The position numbers were made by a program, and so were the translations under genes. Positions 49,058-58,757 of a stretch of 64,000 bases of DNA are shown piece by piece (position 1 is the stretch's first letter; the number at the start of each line of letters is the position of its first letter). The notes below the pieces were generated by a model. That model worked only from the letters and a program-made list of their open reading frames with translations. It did not search any database and had not been told where the DNA came from. Source of the DNA: Dehalococcoidia bacterium (GTDB taxonomy: Bacteria; Chloroflexota; Dehalococcoidia; Lucifugimonadales; Australimonadaceae); the NCBI GenBank assembly GCA_034423175.1, contig DAOUJA010000034.1, forward strand, positions 6,379 to 70,378, in the 5' to 3' direction.

Positions 49058-49986
49058 ACCACGCCGTCGTTGTCCCGGTCGTCCATGAACCGATAGGCCG
49101 GGTGGCCGCGGGGGACAGGCGCGATGCCGTGACGCCGCGCCTCCGCGCAGGTGATGCGGCCGTTCCCGTTGTCGTCGTACAGCCGCAGGGCATCGACGTT
49201 GGACGCACTCCCTGACGAGGGGGTCGGCGTCGCGACCTGAAGCGCGCGCGAACGGTCGACGACCATCGCGGTCGACGCGCAGCCCGACAGGACGCCTTCC
49301 AACACGTCGCGCTCGCGCCTGTCGATGGTGAGGTTGTACCGCTGGCGCACCTCGACCACGCGGCCCGCGAACCAGCACTGGTTCAGGTCGGGAAGCCACT
49401 CCGCCGCGTCCTTTCCGCTCTTCTGCGAGCGATTGACCGAGGGGCTGGCCAACGTGAGGTTCAGGAGGTCGGAGGAGAACCGGCGCCTGGTCGCAGCGTC
49501 CGTGGCACAGAGGCCGCTGTCGTGCGCCTCCGACCGGGCGATGATGTGCTCGATATCGGTCTGGGAGGTGCTGTCGAACCAGGTGCCCGTGTACGGGCCG
49601 TAGACGATGCCGCCCATGCTCGCCACGATGCGCGGCTCCACCGACTGCGAGTAGGAGTAGTCGTCGGAATCGTATGGCGAGCAGCGATGTTCGGCGGCGA
49701 CGGCAAGTCCCCGCCAGGTACCCGAGCCGACCGTTATCTGCGGCGTCGAGAGTGATAGGACCGGCGTAGGCGTGGCCGCAGGCGGCACGGGCGTGACAGC
49801 AGCGGATGCAGGTGTGGCCGCAGGCGACGCGGGTGTCGCCGTCGGAGCGGGAAGCCGCTGGTCTGCCGGAGGCGGCGTCGGCGTGGGAGTGCTCTGCTCA
49901 CAGGCGATCAGGGTCGCAGCAAGCACCAGGGCAGCGGGTGCGCAGAACCAGAGTCGTATATCTCCAGGTACGGATACGATAGACAC
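49048..49986 (-). CDS. Secreted lipoprotein: DUF1524/HNH-type nuclease domain plus a C-terminal Excalibur domain
   Basis: GTG 49986, with signal RLWFCAPAALVLAATLIAC. DIEHIIARSEAHDSG...NLTLASPSVNRSQKSGKDAAEW is DUF1524-like. C-terminal DDRDNDGVVCE. Confidence 0.7.
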   Translation of the reverse strand: MSIVSVPGDIRLWFCAPAALVLAATLIACEQSTPTPTPPPADQRLPAPTATPASPAATPASAAVTPVPPAATPTPVLSLSTPQITVGSGTWRGLAVAAEHRCSPYDSDDYSYSQSVEPRIVASMGGIVYGPYTGTWFDSTSQTDIEHIIARSEAHDSGLCATDAATRRRFSSDLLNLTLASPSVNRSQKSGKDAAEWLPDLNQCWFAGRVVEVRQRYNLTIDRRERDVLEGVLSGCASTAMVVDRSRALQVATPTPSSGSASNVDALRLYDDNGNGRITCAEARRHGIAPVPRGHPAYRFMDDRDNDGVVCE

Positions 49987-50140
49987 TGGCGAGATTCTAC
50001 TGTGGTCTGCATGAGTTCTACTACAACCGCCGGGGCACTCGAACCTCGGTACGGCACTCACGGGGCATGCGCCCCTTACGAGATACGGGCCGCATCCGCT
50101 ACGCTGGCTACACCGAGCACCGTCCGAGGAGGAGGACAAC

Positions 50141-51106
50141 ATGACCCAGCAGCCCGTTCCCGCGATCCGATTCGGAGCGTCGTGGTCGACGCAGTTCCGG
50201 TTCACGCAGGCCATCGGCCGCGGGCTCAGCGAGCTGAAGCGGGTCGATGCCACGGTACACGTCCTCGGCCCCGGCGGCATGGGCGCGCTCGTCAACGGCG
50301 CGGTGGACGTCATCTTCTCCAAGTGGGTCGTCAACGAGCACCGCTACACGGGCACGGGCATATTCGCCGGGGACAAGCCCGACGACTGGCTGCGGACCAT
50401 CGCGTGGCTACCGCAGGAAGACCGCTTCCTCTTCGCGATGGCCCCGTGGACGGGCATCGAGTCGTTCGAGCAACTCGCGGCTGAGAAGCCGGTACTGCAC
50501 ATGGCGGGGAGCGGCGCCGAGGTCGTGCTCCAGGAGTACGGCTTCAGCTACGCCGACATCGAGCGGTGGGGCGGCTCGGTGGGGCGCATGGAGCACACGG
50601 CGCGCGACGCCAAGGCCCGCTACGACGCCGGACAGCTCGACGCCTTCTGGGGCGACGGCAGCGCGTACGACTTCTCGGCGTGGCCGTGGGTCGGCTCGCG
50701 CGGTTACCGCTTCCTCGACATCAGCGAGGAGGTCATGCAGCGGCTGGAGGCGAAGGGACTGCGACGCCAGGTGACGCCCGCGGGCTTCGTCCCCGGCATC
50801 GACAGGACGCTCACCGCGCTGGACGACTCGCACATCGTGGTGACGTGCCGCGCCGACCTCGACGACGAGCTGGCCTACCTGCTCGCGAAGGCCATCGACG
50901 ACAAGAAGCGGGACATCGAACTGACGTCGATCCAGATCGACTACGACAACGGGGAGGCCGGCGGCCTGCCGATGATCAGGCCGACGTACTGGTCGTCGCT
51001 CACGGGGCCTATCGGCCGCCAGTGGGACGAGGGCATCACGGGCGCACCGCTGCACGAAGGCGCGCGGCGTTACTACCGGGAGCAGGGGTACCTGCAGGGC
51101 CGCTAG
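50141..51106 (+). CDS. Periplasmic-binding-fold protein (TAXI/NMT1-like) without an evident signal peptide
   Basis: 321 aa. The resemblance to TAXI-type solute receptors is weak and pattern-level only (e.g. ...GAPLHEGARRYYREQG at the C-terminus). Confidence 0.5.
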   Translation: MTQQPVPAIRFGASWSTQFRFTQAIGRGLSELKRVDATVHVLGPGGMGALVNGAVDVIFSKWVVNEHRYTGTGIFAGDKPDDWLRTIAWLPQEDRFLFAMAPWTGIESFEQLAAEKPVLHMAGSGAEVVLQEYGFSYADIERWGGSVGRMEHTARDAKARYDAGQLDAFWGDGSAYDFSAWPWVGSRGYRFLDISEEVMQRLEAKGLRRQVTPAGFVPGIDRTLTALDDSHIVVTCRADLDDELAYLLAKAIDDKKRDIELTSIQIDYDNGEAGGLPMIRPTYWSSLTGPIGRQWDEGITGAPLHEGARRYYREQGYLQGR

Positions 51107-51155
51107 AACTCGATGCCCCGGGTCTCGTACGTGTGCTCGATGAACTGGAGCATCG

Positions 51156-52037
51156 TCACGCGGAATCTCCGCCCCCAGGCGCGGAAGAGTACGCCGAGCG
51201 CGGCAGTCGCCCTGCCCTCGCCCTCGCCCGTGTTGACGATGACGAGGCCGTACCGATGAGGCCGACCGCGAGCGCCCCGGTGACCGGTTCCCGGTAGACG
51301 GTGCACCGCACGCCGAAGGCGGACTCGACAGCTTCCGGGGTCAGCACCTCCTCCGGCGTTCCCTCTGCAAGCACCCGCCCCTCGCTCAGCAGCACCAGCC
51401 GGTCGCAGTAGCGCGCAGCCATGTGCAGGTCGTGGATGGCGGCGACGGCGGTCAGGCCGTCGTCCACGAGCTGCCGCACGAGGTCCAGCACCTTGAGCTG
51501 GTGGTAGACGTCCAGGTTGGACGTCGGTTCGTCCAACAGCAGGACGCGGGGCTGCTGGGCCAGGGCGCGCGACACGAATACCCGCTGGCGCTCCCCACCG
51601 GAGAGGGTGTCGAGCGTCCTGCCGGCGAACTGCTCCGTGTCGGTCCGGCGCATCGCGTCAAGGGCGATGCGGTTGTCCCTGCCTCCCTCTATCTGGAAGC
51701 GCCCCAGGTGGGGGTACCTGCCCATGAGCACCAGCTCGAAGGACGTGAACCCCTGCGTGTACGGGGCGATCTGGGGGACCAGCGCCAGCCGGGCGGCGAC
51801 GTCCCTCGACGACATGGCCCGCAGGTCGGCGCCCTCCAGGGAGACCGCTCCGTGTTCGTGCCGCAGAATGCCGGAGAGAGCTCTCAGGAGCGTGGACTTC
51901 CCCGCTCCGTTGGGGCCGATGACGCCGACGAACTGCCCTTGCTCAATCCGCAGGCACACACCGTCCAGAAGCGTCTCCTCCTCGATACTGTAGGAAAGGC
52001 CCTCCGTGACGACCGCAGGCGGTGCTTCTTCGTACAT
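51156..52037 (-). CDS. ABC transporter ATP-binding protein (FecE/BtuD type)
   Basis: Walker A GPNGAGKST, signature LSGGERQRV, Walker B LLLDEPTSNLD. Confidence 0.88.
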   Translation of the reverse strand: MYEEAPPAVVTEGLSYSIEEETLLDGVCLRIEQGQFVGVIGPNGAGKSTLLRALSGILRHEHGAVSLEGADLRAMSSRDVAARLALVPQIAPYTQGFTSFELVLMGRYPHLGRFQIEGGRDNRIALDAMRRTDTEQFAGRTLDTLSGGERQRVFVSRALAQQPRVLLLDEPTSNLDVYHQLKVLDLVRQLVDDGLTAVAAIHDLHMAARYCDRLVLLSEGRVLAEGTPEEVLTPEAVESAFGVRCTVYREPVTGALAVGLIGTASSSSTRARARAGRLPRSAYSSAPGGGDSA

Positions 52038-52043
52038 CGGCGT

Positions 52044-53165
52044 CTACTCCGGCAGGCTGAAGGGGGCGCCTACGGGTCGGGTGGGGTCGTCGCCCCACAG
52101 CAGCCGTGCGAGCTCCTCGGCGCCCAGGATGTTCCAGTAGGAGAGCGTGGTGAAGTGCTTGCTCTCCACCACGTGGACGGCGCCGCGGCTGATCGCGGGC
52201 ACCTCCGCGAGCGCCTCGTTCGCAAACAGGCCCTGCCTGAACTCTTCAGCGCCGAAGGCGGCGGGCTGAGGGATGATGATGACCTCCGGGTCCATCGCGA
52301 TGACCCCCTCCAGGCTGGTGGTCTGGTTCCCCTCGACGCCCGCTTCTTCCGCCGCGTTGATGCCCCCCGCCGCAGTGATGACGCCACCCTCCGTCGAGTT
52401 GCCTCCCGCCACCCATACCTGGTCCGAGTACTGCGTGAGGGCGAGGACGCGCGGACGAGGCTCCGCGCCCGCGGTAGCCGCGACGACCGCATCGTACCGT
52501 TCACGCACCTCGTCGGCGAACTCCAGGGCCCGCTCCTCCTCGCCGAGGATGTAGCCGATGAGCAGGATGTTCTCTATCCGCGCCTCGGGATCGTGCTGCA
52601 GCGCCGTCTGCACGACGGGGATGCCGAGCTTCGACAGCGCCTCGATACCCTCGGCGGGGAAGAAGGGACTGGTGACGATGACGTCCGGCGACTGGGCGAT
52701 GATCGTTTCCGGGTCGCGCGTCACTACGGGTTTGTCCTGCACCAGCGGCGCGACGTTCGAGAAGGTGGGGTCAGTCGTGGCGCCTCCCACGGCGACGAGC
52801 CGGTCTGCAGGCACCAGGGCAAGGACCACTTCGTCGTGTCCCACGGAAGCGGCGATGACGCGCTCCGGCTTCGCCGGGATGCTGACGACGCCGTTCAGCC
52901 CCTCGACCTCCCGCGGCCAGCCGAGGTTGGCGGGGTCCACGATGCCGGAAACGTTGTCCGGCAACCTGAGAGCGGGCTCGGGCGTCGGCGTCGACTCTGG
53001 GAGCGCCGTTGGCGTCGGCGTAGCGACCGCGGTGGGCGTGGCTGTCGGTGCGAGCGTCGGCGTCGGTGTCGGCGTAGGGGCCGACTGAGAACAGCCGACC
53101 AGCACGGCCAGGGCGAGGAAAGCGAACAGCGGGACGATGAGATCGGTGAAGGGTCTGGCAGGCAA
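52044..53165 (-). CDS. ABC substrate-binding lipoprotein (BtuF/FhuD cluster-A type) with a PT-rich linker
   Basis: TTG 53165 lies 6 nt after AAAGGAG. LIVPLFAFLALAVLVGC lipobox, then a PT-rich linker. Core pattern: PERVIAAS...DPETIIAQSPDVIV.... Confidence 0.85.
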   Translation of the reverse strand: MPARPFTDLIVPLFAFLALAVLVGCSQSAPTPTPTPTLAPTATPTAVATPTPTALPESTPTPEPALRLPDNVSGIVDPANLGWPREVEGLNGVVSIPAKPERVIAASVGHDEVVLALVPADRLVAVGGATTDPTFSNVAPLVQDKPVVTRDPETIIAQSPDVIVTSPFFPAEGIEALSKLGIPVVQTALQHDPEARIENILLIGYILGEEERALEFADEVRERYDAVVAATAGAEPRPRVLALTQYSDQVWVAGGNSTEGGVITAAGGINAAEEAGVEGNQTTSLEGVIAMDPEVIIIPQPAAFGAEEFRQGLFANEALAEVPAISRGAVHVVESKHFTTLSYWNILGAEELARLLWGDDPTRPVGAPFSLPE

Positions 53166-53191
53166 AGCGGCTCCTTTCGTACGGTCCGGCC

Positions 53192-54226
53192 TCACAGCGA
53201 GTAGACCTGTCGCTTGTTCCGGATGAGCAGGAAGATGAAGAACGGCGCGCCCACGAACGCGGTGAGGACGCCGACGCGGAACTCGGCTGGTTGGATGATG
53301 GTGCGTGCGAACGTGTCCGCCGCGGTGACGAACACCGCCCCGCCCAGCGCGCTCATCGGCACCAGCACCCGGTGGTCCGGCCCCATCAACAGCCGGAGAA
53401 CGTGGGGCGTCACGAGGCCCACGAAGGCGATGGTGCCGCTCACGGCCACGGCGGCGCCGGTGACGAGCGCGGCCGCCGTCAGCAGGATGACGCGGGCCGT
53501 CCCCACCCTGACGCCCATGGAGCGGGCCTCGTCGTCGCCCAGCGTCAACAGGTTCAGGTCGCGGGCCATCAGCATGATGACGGCGGCGCCGCCGAGGATG
53601 AGCGGCGCCGAGATGCGCACGTGTTCCCACGAGCGAGAGTCCAGCCCTCCGGCGAGCCAGAACAGCACCTCCCGGAGCGCCGCGGTGCCGGGCAGGAGGA
53701 TGATGATCGCAGAGACGATCGCGCCGAGGAACGCGTTGACCGCAACCCCCGCGAGCAGCAGCGTTGCCATGCTGAAGCGTCCCCCAACAGCGGCGATGCC
53801 GTACACGAGGAACGCGGCGGCGACCGCGCCCGCGAATGCGAAGGCAGGGAGCGCAAGGAAGAACAGTCCCGCCATGCCCGTGGCGATGGCGGCCACGGCC
53901 CCAACCGCTCCCCCGGCGGACACGCCGATGATGCCGGGGTCGGCCATCGGGTTGCGGAACAACCCCTGCATCGTCGCCCCGGCCACTCCCAGCGCGACGC
54001 CCACCGCGGCGCCGACCAGTATGCGCGGGAGCCTGATCTGCTCGATCACGAGCTGCTCGGTGCGGCTGAACCCGCCCGCCTCGATCCCCAGGAACGACAG
54101 CATGATGGAGGCGACGTGGTAGACAGGTATGCCGACAGGGCCAAGGCTGAGCGACACGACGGCGCTCGCCAGGACCAGCAGGCCCAGGACGGCAGAGCCG
54201 ATCGCCAAGCGGCTGGTTACCGCCAT
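53192..54226 (-). CDS. FecCD/BtuC-family ABC permease
   Basis: 344-aa polytopic protein with ...GAVFVTAADTFARTI...PVGVLTAFVGAPFFIFLL. ATG 54226 was chosen because the riboswitch terminator lies inside the longer ORF. Confidence 0.88.
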   Translation of the reverse strand: MAVTSRLAIGSAVLGLLVLASAVVSLSLGPVGIPVYHVASIMLSFLGIEAGGFSRTEQLVIEQIRLPRILVGAAVGVALGVAGATMQGLFRNPMADPGIIGVSAGGAVGAVAAIATGMAGLFFLALPAFAFAGAVAAAFLVYGIAAVGGRFSMATLLLAGVAVNAFLGAIVSAIIILLPGTAALREVLFWLAGGLDSRSWEHVRISAPLILGGAAVIMLMARDLNLLTLGDDEARSMGVRVGTARVILLTAAALVTGAAVAVSGTIAFVGLVTPHVLRLLMGPDHRVLVPMSALGGAVFVTAADTFARTIIQPAEFRVGVLTAFVGAPFFIFLLIRNKRQVYSL

Positions 54227-54263
54227 CCTGCGGTAGCCGCGCAACGTCGCGAGTCCAACGGCT

Positions 54264-54300
54264 ATCAAACCAAGAACCTCCAGCGTCTCTCCGCTGGAGG
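54264..54300 (-). terminator. Intrinsic terminator forming the riboswitch expression platform
   Basis: Minus strand: CCUCCAGCG-gagaga-CGCUGGAGG followed by UUCUUGGUUUGAU. Confidence 0.55.
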
Positions 54301-54367
54301 TTGGGTCCGTTCTCCGGTTGCGCCCGGCACCGAGGGACCCTCTCAAGAGCGGAGAGCGGTCACCTTT

Positions 54368-54530
54368 CGTTCAGGCAGGTCTCCTGGCTTCGCGGGAGGA
54401 TCATCCGCCGGGCCCTTCCCGTCGGCTTCTCCGACAGTGGGCTCCGGCTCCCGTTATCCCGCTTACAGTGGCGCTACCGCGGCGGACTCTCACCGCCTTC
54501 CCTATTCTCCCTGGGACGGGCACCTGAACG
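54368..54530 (-). promoter_or_regulatory. Cobalamin (B12) riboswitch aptamer
   Basis: Minus strand: P1 CGUUCAGG...CCUGAACG. Conserved GGUGCC, AGGGAA, GGUGAGAGUCC and GCCACUG, and the B12 box AGCCAGGAGACCUGCC. It lies upstream of the BtuCFD-type operon. Confidence 0.85.
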
Positions 54531-54781
54531 AACTGTGAGCGTATGTTGATCTCGATGGGGCAGGCTATGGCCCGGCCAGCGGGCTGTCAAGCAGAGCGCC
54601 GCGCGTCCGGCCTGGCCGGGCATCGCGCTTGACCCACATCACCTTTGGAAGCAGACTCCCGTATCGGTAGGCCGCAGGAGACGCTTACGGTGTTGAGGCA
54701 GCAGCCAGACATGCCCCCACCGCAAAGGAGTGACCGATAGCAACCGACGCCAGAGGCGCGAACGCCGGCTCGAAGTGGGCA

Positions 54782-56155
54782 GTGCTCACTGCCGCGGCTA
54801 CGAGCACGCTTCTGGGCACGTCAGACTTCTCCATAGTCGCGATCGCGCTCCCCGCCTTCACCGAGGTATTCAGCGCGTCGACTTCAACCGTCGTCTGGAT
54901 AGCCCTGTCCTACCAGCTCATAGTGCTGGGCCTGGCGTTGCCGATGGGCCGCCTGGGCGACCAGTTCGGCAACAAGACCGTCTTTGCCGCCGGAGCCCTC
55001 ATCTATACGGTTGGCCTCGCGAGCGCAGCCGCTGCGCCGGGCATCCTGACCCTCATCGCCTTCCGGGCGGTGCAGGGCGCCGGCGCGGCGATGATGGTCT
55101 CCCTCTCGCTGGGGCTGGTGTCGAACGCGTTTCCGTCCAACGAGCGCGGCAAGGCGCTGGGGCTCATAGCGTCGGTTGCCGGTTTCGGGCTGATGTCCGG
55201 GCCCGCGCTCGGCGGACTCCTTCTCGATACGCTGGGCTGGCGCTCCATCTTCTGGATGCGCGCGCCGTTCGCCTTCGCCGGGTTCGTACTCGCCATGGTC
55301 TACCTCAGGAACATGCGGGCGACCGCGGACAAAGGGACCGACTTCATGGACGCCGCGGCGCTGTTCGCGGCGCTGGTCCTTATGGCGGTCGGGTTGAACC
55401 GGGGTTCCGCCGAAGGCTGGACGTCGCCCCTGGTGCTGGCGGCGGTCCCGCTGAGCGCTACCGCCCTGGCAGCGTTCGCGCTCCGCTCGGTCCGCATAGC
55501 GAGCCCGGTCGTGGACATACGGATGTTCCGCAACCCCGCCCTCTCCCTCTCCAGCGGCCTGATGTTGATGGCCGGCGTATCGATGATGGCCGTCACGTTC
55601 ACGATGCCGTTCTACCTCCTCCTCGCGCACGGTCTCTCACCGGCGGCGGCCGGGCTCGTGATGCTGGCGCACCCCGCCGCGATCCTCGTGCTCCCGCCCT
55701 TCACCGGCAGGCTGTCCGACCGGATCGGCCCGAGGGTGCCGACGTCCCTTGGGCTGGGCCTGTCGGCGTCGGCGCTCTTCCTGCTGACGACGCTGCTCCC
55801 GACCACTCCCGTCCCGGTCATCGTGGGCATCCTGATGCTGGGCGGCATCGGCGGGTCGTTCTTCCAGGCGCCCAACCAGAGCGTGATCATGAGCGCGGCG
55901 CCGCGGGACCGCGTCGGTACGGTCTCCGCCCTCGTCCCGACCCTTCGCTACATCGGCATAATCACCGGCGTGGCTGCCTCCGAGGCGTTATTCACCACGG
56001 GACTGGGGACGCCGGGGCTGAGCGGAGCGGATGCGGAGACCGTGACGGCAGCCGCACGGACGGTCTTCATCGTCTTCGGTTGCGTGGCTTCCGCGGCCGC
56101 GCTGATAGCGCTCTTCCGCAACGGCGGACGGGTATCACCCGGCGGCAGCGCCTAG
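54782..56155 (+). CDS. MFS transporter (DHA2/EmrB-like); the true start may be upstream (ATA 54737)
   Basis: DFSIVAIALP, GRLGDQFGNK and LIAFRAVQGAGAAMM motifs with multiple TM segments. See the finding on start codons. Confidence 0.85.
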   Translation: MLTAAATSTLLGTSDFSIVAIALPAFTEVFSASTSTVVWIALSYQLIVLGLALPMGRLGDQFGNKTVFAAGALIYTVGLASAAAAPGILTLIAFRAVQGAGAAMMVSLSLGLVSNAFPSNERGKALGLIASVAGFGLMSGPALGGLLLDTLGWRSIFWMRAPFAFAGFVLAMVYLRNMRATADKGTDFMDAAALFAALVLMAVGLNRGSAEGWTSPLVLAAVPLSATALAAFALRSVRIASPVVDIRMFRNPALSLSSGLMLMAGVSMMAVTFTMPFYLLLAHGLSPAAAGLVMLAHPAAILVLPPFTGRLSDRIGPRVPTSLGLGLSASALFLLTTLLPTTPVPVIVGILMLGGIGGSFFQAPNQSVIMSAAPRDRVGTVSALVPTLRYIGIITGVAASEALFTTGLGTPGLSGADAETVTAAARTVFIVFGCVASAAALIALFRNGGRVSPGGSA

Positions 56156-57151
56156 CCTGCTCCGCAGGCGGGGGTAGGCCTCCAGCGCATTGTCAAAGAA
56201 TATCCGGCGCTTCTCCGCTTCGGTGATGCCGGGGACCGCGTCGACGTAGGGCTTAGTGTCGTCGAAGTAGCGGCCCGTCCGCGCATCCACACCTCTAACG
56301 GCGCCGATCATCTCGGACGCGAAGATGACGTTGGGCGCGCCCATCACCCGCACGAGGAAGTCGACGCCCTCCTGGTGGTAGACGCAGGTGTCGAAGTACA
56401 GGTTGCCGAGCAGGAGCTCGTCGAGAGGCGGCCGGCCCATGTCCTGGGCGATGCCGCGGTAGCGGCCCCAGTGGAACGGAACGGCGCCGCCGCCGTGGGG
56501 AAGCACGAACCTGAGCGTCGGAAAGTCCGCGAACAGGTCCGAGAGGAGGAACTGCATGAAGGCCGTCGTATCGCCGTTGAGATAGTGTGCGCCGGTCCCG
56601 TGGAAGTTGGGGTTGCACGACATGCTGACGTGAATCATGGCCGGGACTTCCAGCTCGACCATCCGCTCGTAGAGCCCGTACCACCAGCGGTCGGTCAACG
56701 GCGGGTCAGTCCAGTAGCCGTCGGTCGGGTCGGGGTTCAGGTTGCAGCCGACGAAACCCAGCTCGTTGACGCAGCGGTCCAACTCGGCGATGCACTCGGA
56801 CGGCGAGACACCCGGAGACTGAGGGAGCTGGCAGACGCCGATGAAGTTGTCCGGGTACAAGGTGCAGACGCGATGGACGAGGTCGTTGACGGTGCGGCTC
56901 CACTGCATGCTCGTCCGGGCGTCGCCGAAGTGATGGCCCATCCCACCCGCAGTCGGCGAGAAGAGCGCCACGTCCGTTCCGCGCTCGCGCTGCAGCCTGA
57001 GCTGGCCCTTCTCGATGGTCTCGCATATCTCGTCGTCGCTGATCGACAGCGGCTCGGTGAAGGGGCGCCCCGCACCCTCGATCTGGCGCGCTCGCCACGC
57101 GCGCAACTGCGGCGGGGCGGTCGTGTAGTGGCCGTGGACGTCGATGATCAT
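56135..57151 (-). CDS. Amidohydrolase-2 (ACMSD-like) family protein
   Basis: MIIDVHGHY..., ...HVSMSC..., ...LPHGGGAVPF, ...FASEM: metal-ligand pattern of PF04909-type enzymes. Confidence 0.85.
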   Translation of the reverse strand: MIIDVHGHYTTAPPQLRAWRARQIEGAGRPFTEPLSISDDEICETIEKGQLRLQRERGTDVALFSPTAGGMGHHFGDARTSMQWSRTVNDLVHRVCTLYPDNFIGVCQLPQSPGVSPSECIAELDRCVNELGFVGCNLNPDPTDGYWTDPPLTDRWWYGLYERMVELEVPAMIHVSMSCNPNFHGTGAHYLNGDTTAFMQFLLSDLFADFPTLRFVLPHGGGAVPFHWGRYRGIAQDMGRPPLDELLLGNLYFDTCVYHQEGVDFLVRVMGAPNVIFASEMIGAVRGVDARTGRYFDDTKPYVDAVPGITEAEKRRIFFDNALEAYPRLRSRLGAAAG

Positions 57152-57344
57152 GTGCCGGATTCTACGTCATGCCCGGCAGGGTAAGCTTCATGGAGCTTGT
57201 CCGTGTGCGCTCGTGAGCGTTGCGGGCACTTGATGCCCGCCGTGCAGACTCTCGCTGGCAGTCGTGTCCGGGTAGTCGGTCGATGATGATAGCATTCGTG
57301 CCATGTCAGCCCCATGACCGCTGACGAAAGAGAGCATCGTTCCG

Positions 57345-58757
57345 TTGAACAGCACCGGTTCTCGGCACTATGACGCGGCGATAATTGGCGCTGGCCCAGT
57401 AGGTAGCCTGTGCGCACTCGCCTACGCGCGCAGGGGTGCCCGGGTAGCCCTGTTCGAACAGAACCCCACCGAACATCAAACAGGACTGAAGGGCGAGTGG
57501 CTGCATCCACCCGCCTCGCGGATACTGGAACAGACCGGGGTCCGTTTCGATTCGGAGGCCCACGCCACCAAAGGGTTCGTGGTGTTTCCGGAGGATGGCT
57601 CTGAGCCAATCCCGCTGACCTACCCGGACGGGTCGCACGGCCTGGTATGCCCGCACGAAACCCTCGTCTTGCGTCTGCGCGAGGCTGCCAATGACGAGCC
57701 CAACGTCGACCTCATACAGGCGCGGGCCTACCCGCTCCATGACGGCAGGGTCACCTACGGCCGGGACGGCACCCGGGAATCCGTGACCGCAGACCGGATC
57801 GTCGGCGCAGACGGCCGATCGTCCGCCGTGCTGCGAATGTTGGGGCTGACAACAAAGCCCACGGTCTGTTCGCGCATGATAGGAATCAGGGTGAACGGAG
57901 TGAAGTTGCCCGCGGACGACTACGGGCACATCTTCTGTGGCGGCCCCGGCCCCATATTCATGTACAGGTTGGGAGAGGACAGCGTTTGCGCCATTATGGA
58001 TATCCCGCGCGAATACTCGGGCCGTCACGCCGACGGCCTGTTGTTGAATTCGTATATCCCCTGGCTGCCGCCGGATATCAGATCGTTGTTCGTGGAAGCG
58101 GTGCGCAAGCGGCGCTTCAAGCGCGCCGGAAACATGATCAGACCGCGCATCTCGTACGGTAACTCGCGTTTCGTTGTTATCGGCGATGCGGTCGGGCACT
58201 ACCATCCGATGACGGCGGTGGGACTGACCCTCGGTTTCGGCGATGCCGTGGCGCTGGCGGAGAGCGAGGACTTCAGCGGTTTCGTCGCCAGGCGCTTCGA
58301 GGAGGTCCGCGCGCCCGAGATGCTTGCCATGGGGTTCTATGAGGTATTTGCCGATCATCGGGCCGAGGCAGTGGCGCTCAGGCATGCGGTCTATCGGATA
58401 TGGAGGAAGGGCGGTGGGAACACCGATCGCAGCATCCGTTTGCTCGCTTGTGAAGATACGTCAGAGGCCAGTCTGGGCTTCATCGGCGGCATAGTGGTTG
58501 CCCTGGCTGTTGCGAGAGCGATTCCGATGTCCATGAGCCCACGCGCCTGGCGCCGGGCAGGCGGCATCGTTCATCGCCTTGCCCTTCGCATCGGATGGTT
58601 CATGAGGGCCGTTTGCGAACTACGCAGATTGAGAGCCAGAGGCGAAGTTCGGCACGAGCGATTCCATGGCAGCCTGGAGCGTGCCTTTCTGACCTCCACG
58701 CCACCCCAGGGCCGCTTCAGCCAACCGCGTGACCAGGAGCATGCCGGTGCACCCTGA
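57345..58757 (+). CDS. FAD-dependent monooxygenase, squalene epoxidase-like
   Basis: IIGAGPVG. GEWLHPPASRIL resembles GELLQPGG. VGADGRSS. GDAVGHYHPMTAVGLT resembles GDAxNMRHPLTGGGMT of squalene epoxidases. TTG start. Confidence 0.78.
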   Translation: MNSTGSRHYDAAIIGAGPVGSLCALAYARRGARVALFEQNPTEHQTGLKGEWLHPPASRILEQTGVRFDSEAHATKGFVVFPEDGSEPIPLTYPDGSHGLVCPHETLVLRLREAANDEPNVDLIQARAYPLHDGRVTYGRDGTRESVTADRIVGADGRSSAVLRMLGLTTKPTVCSRMIGIRVNGVKLPADDYGHIFCGGPGPIFMYRLGEDSVCAIMDIPREYSGRHADGLLLNSYIPWLPPDIRSLFVEAVRKRRFKRAGNMIRPRISYGNSRFVVIGDAVGHYHPMTAVGLTLGFGDAVALAESEDFSGFVARRFEEVRAPEMLAMGFYEVFADHRAEAVALRHAVYRIWRKGGGNTDRSIRLLACEDTSEASLGFIGGIVVALAVARAIPMSMSPRAWRRAGGIVHRLALRIGWFMRAVCELRRLRARGEVRHERFHGSLERAFLTSTPPQGRFSQPRDQEHAGAP

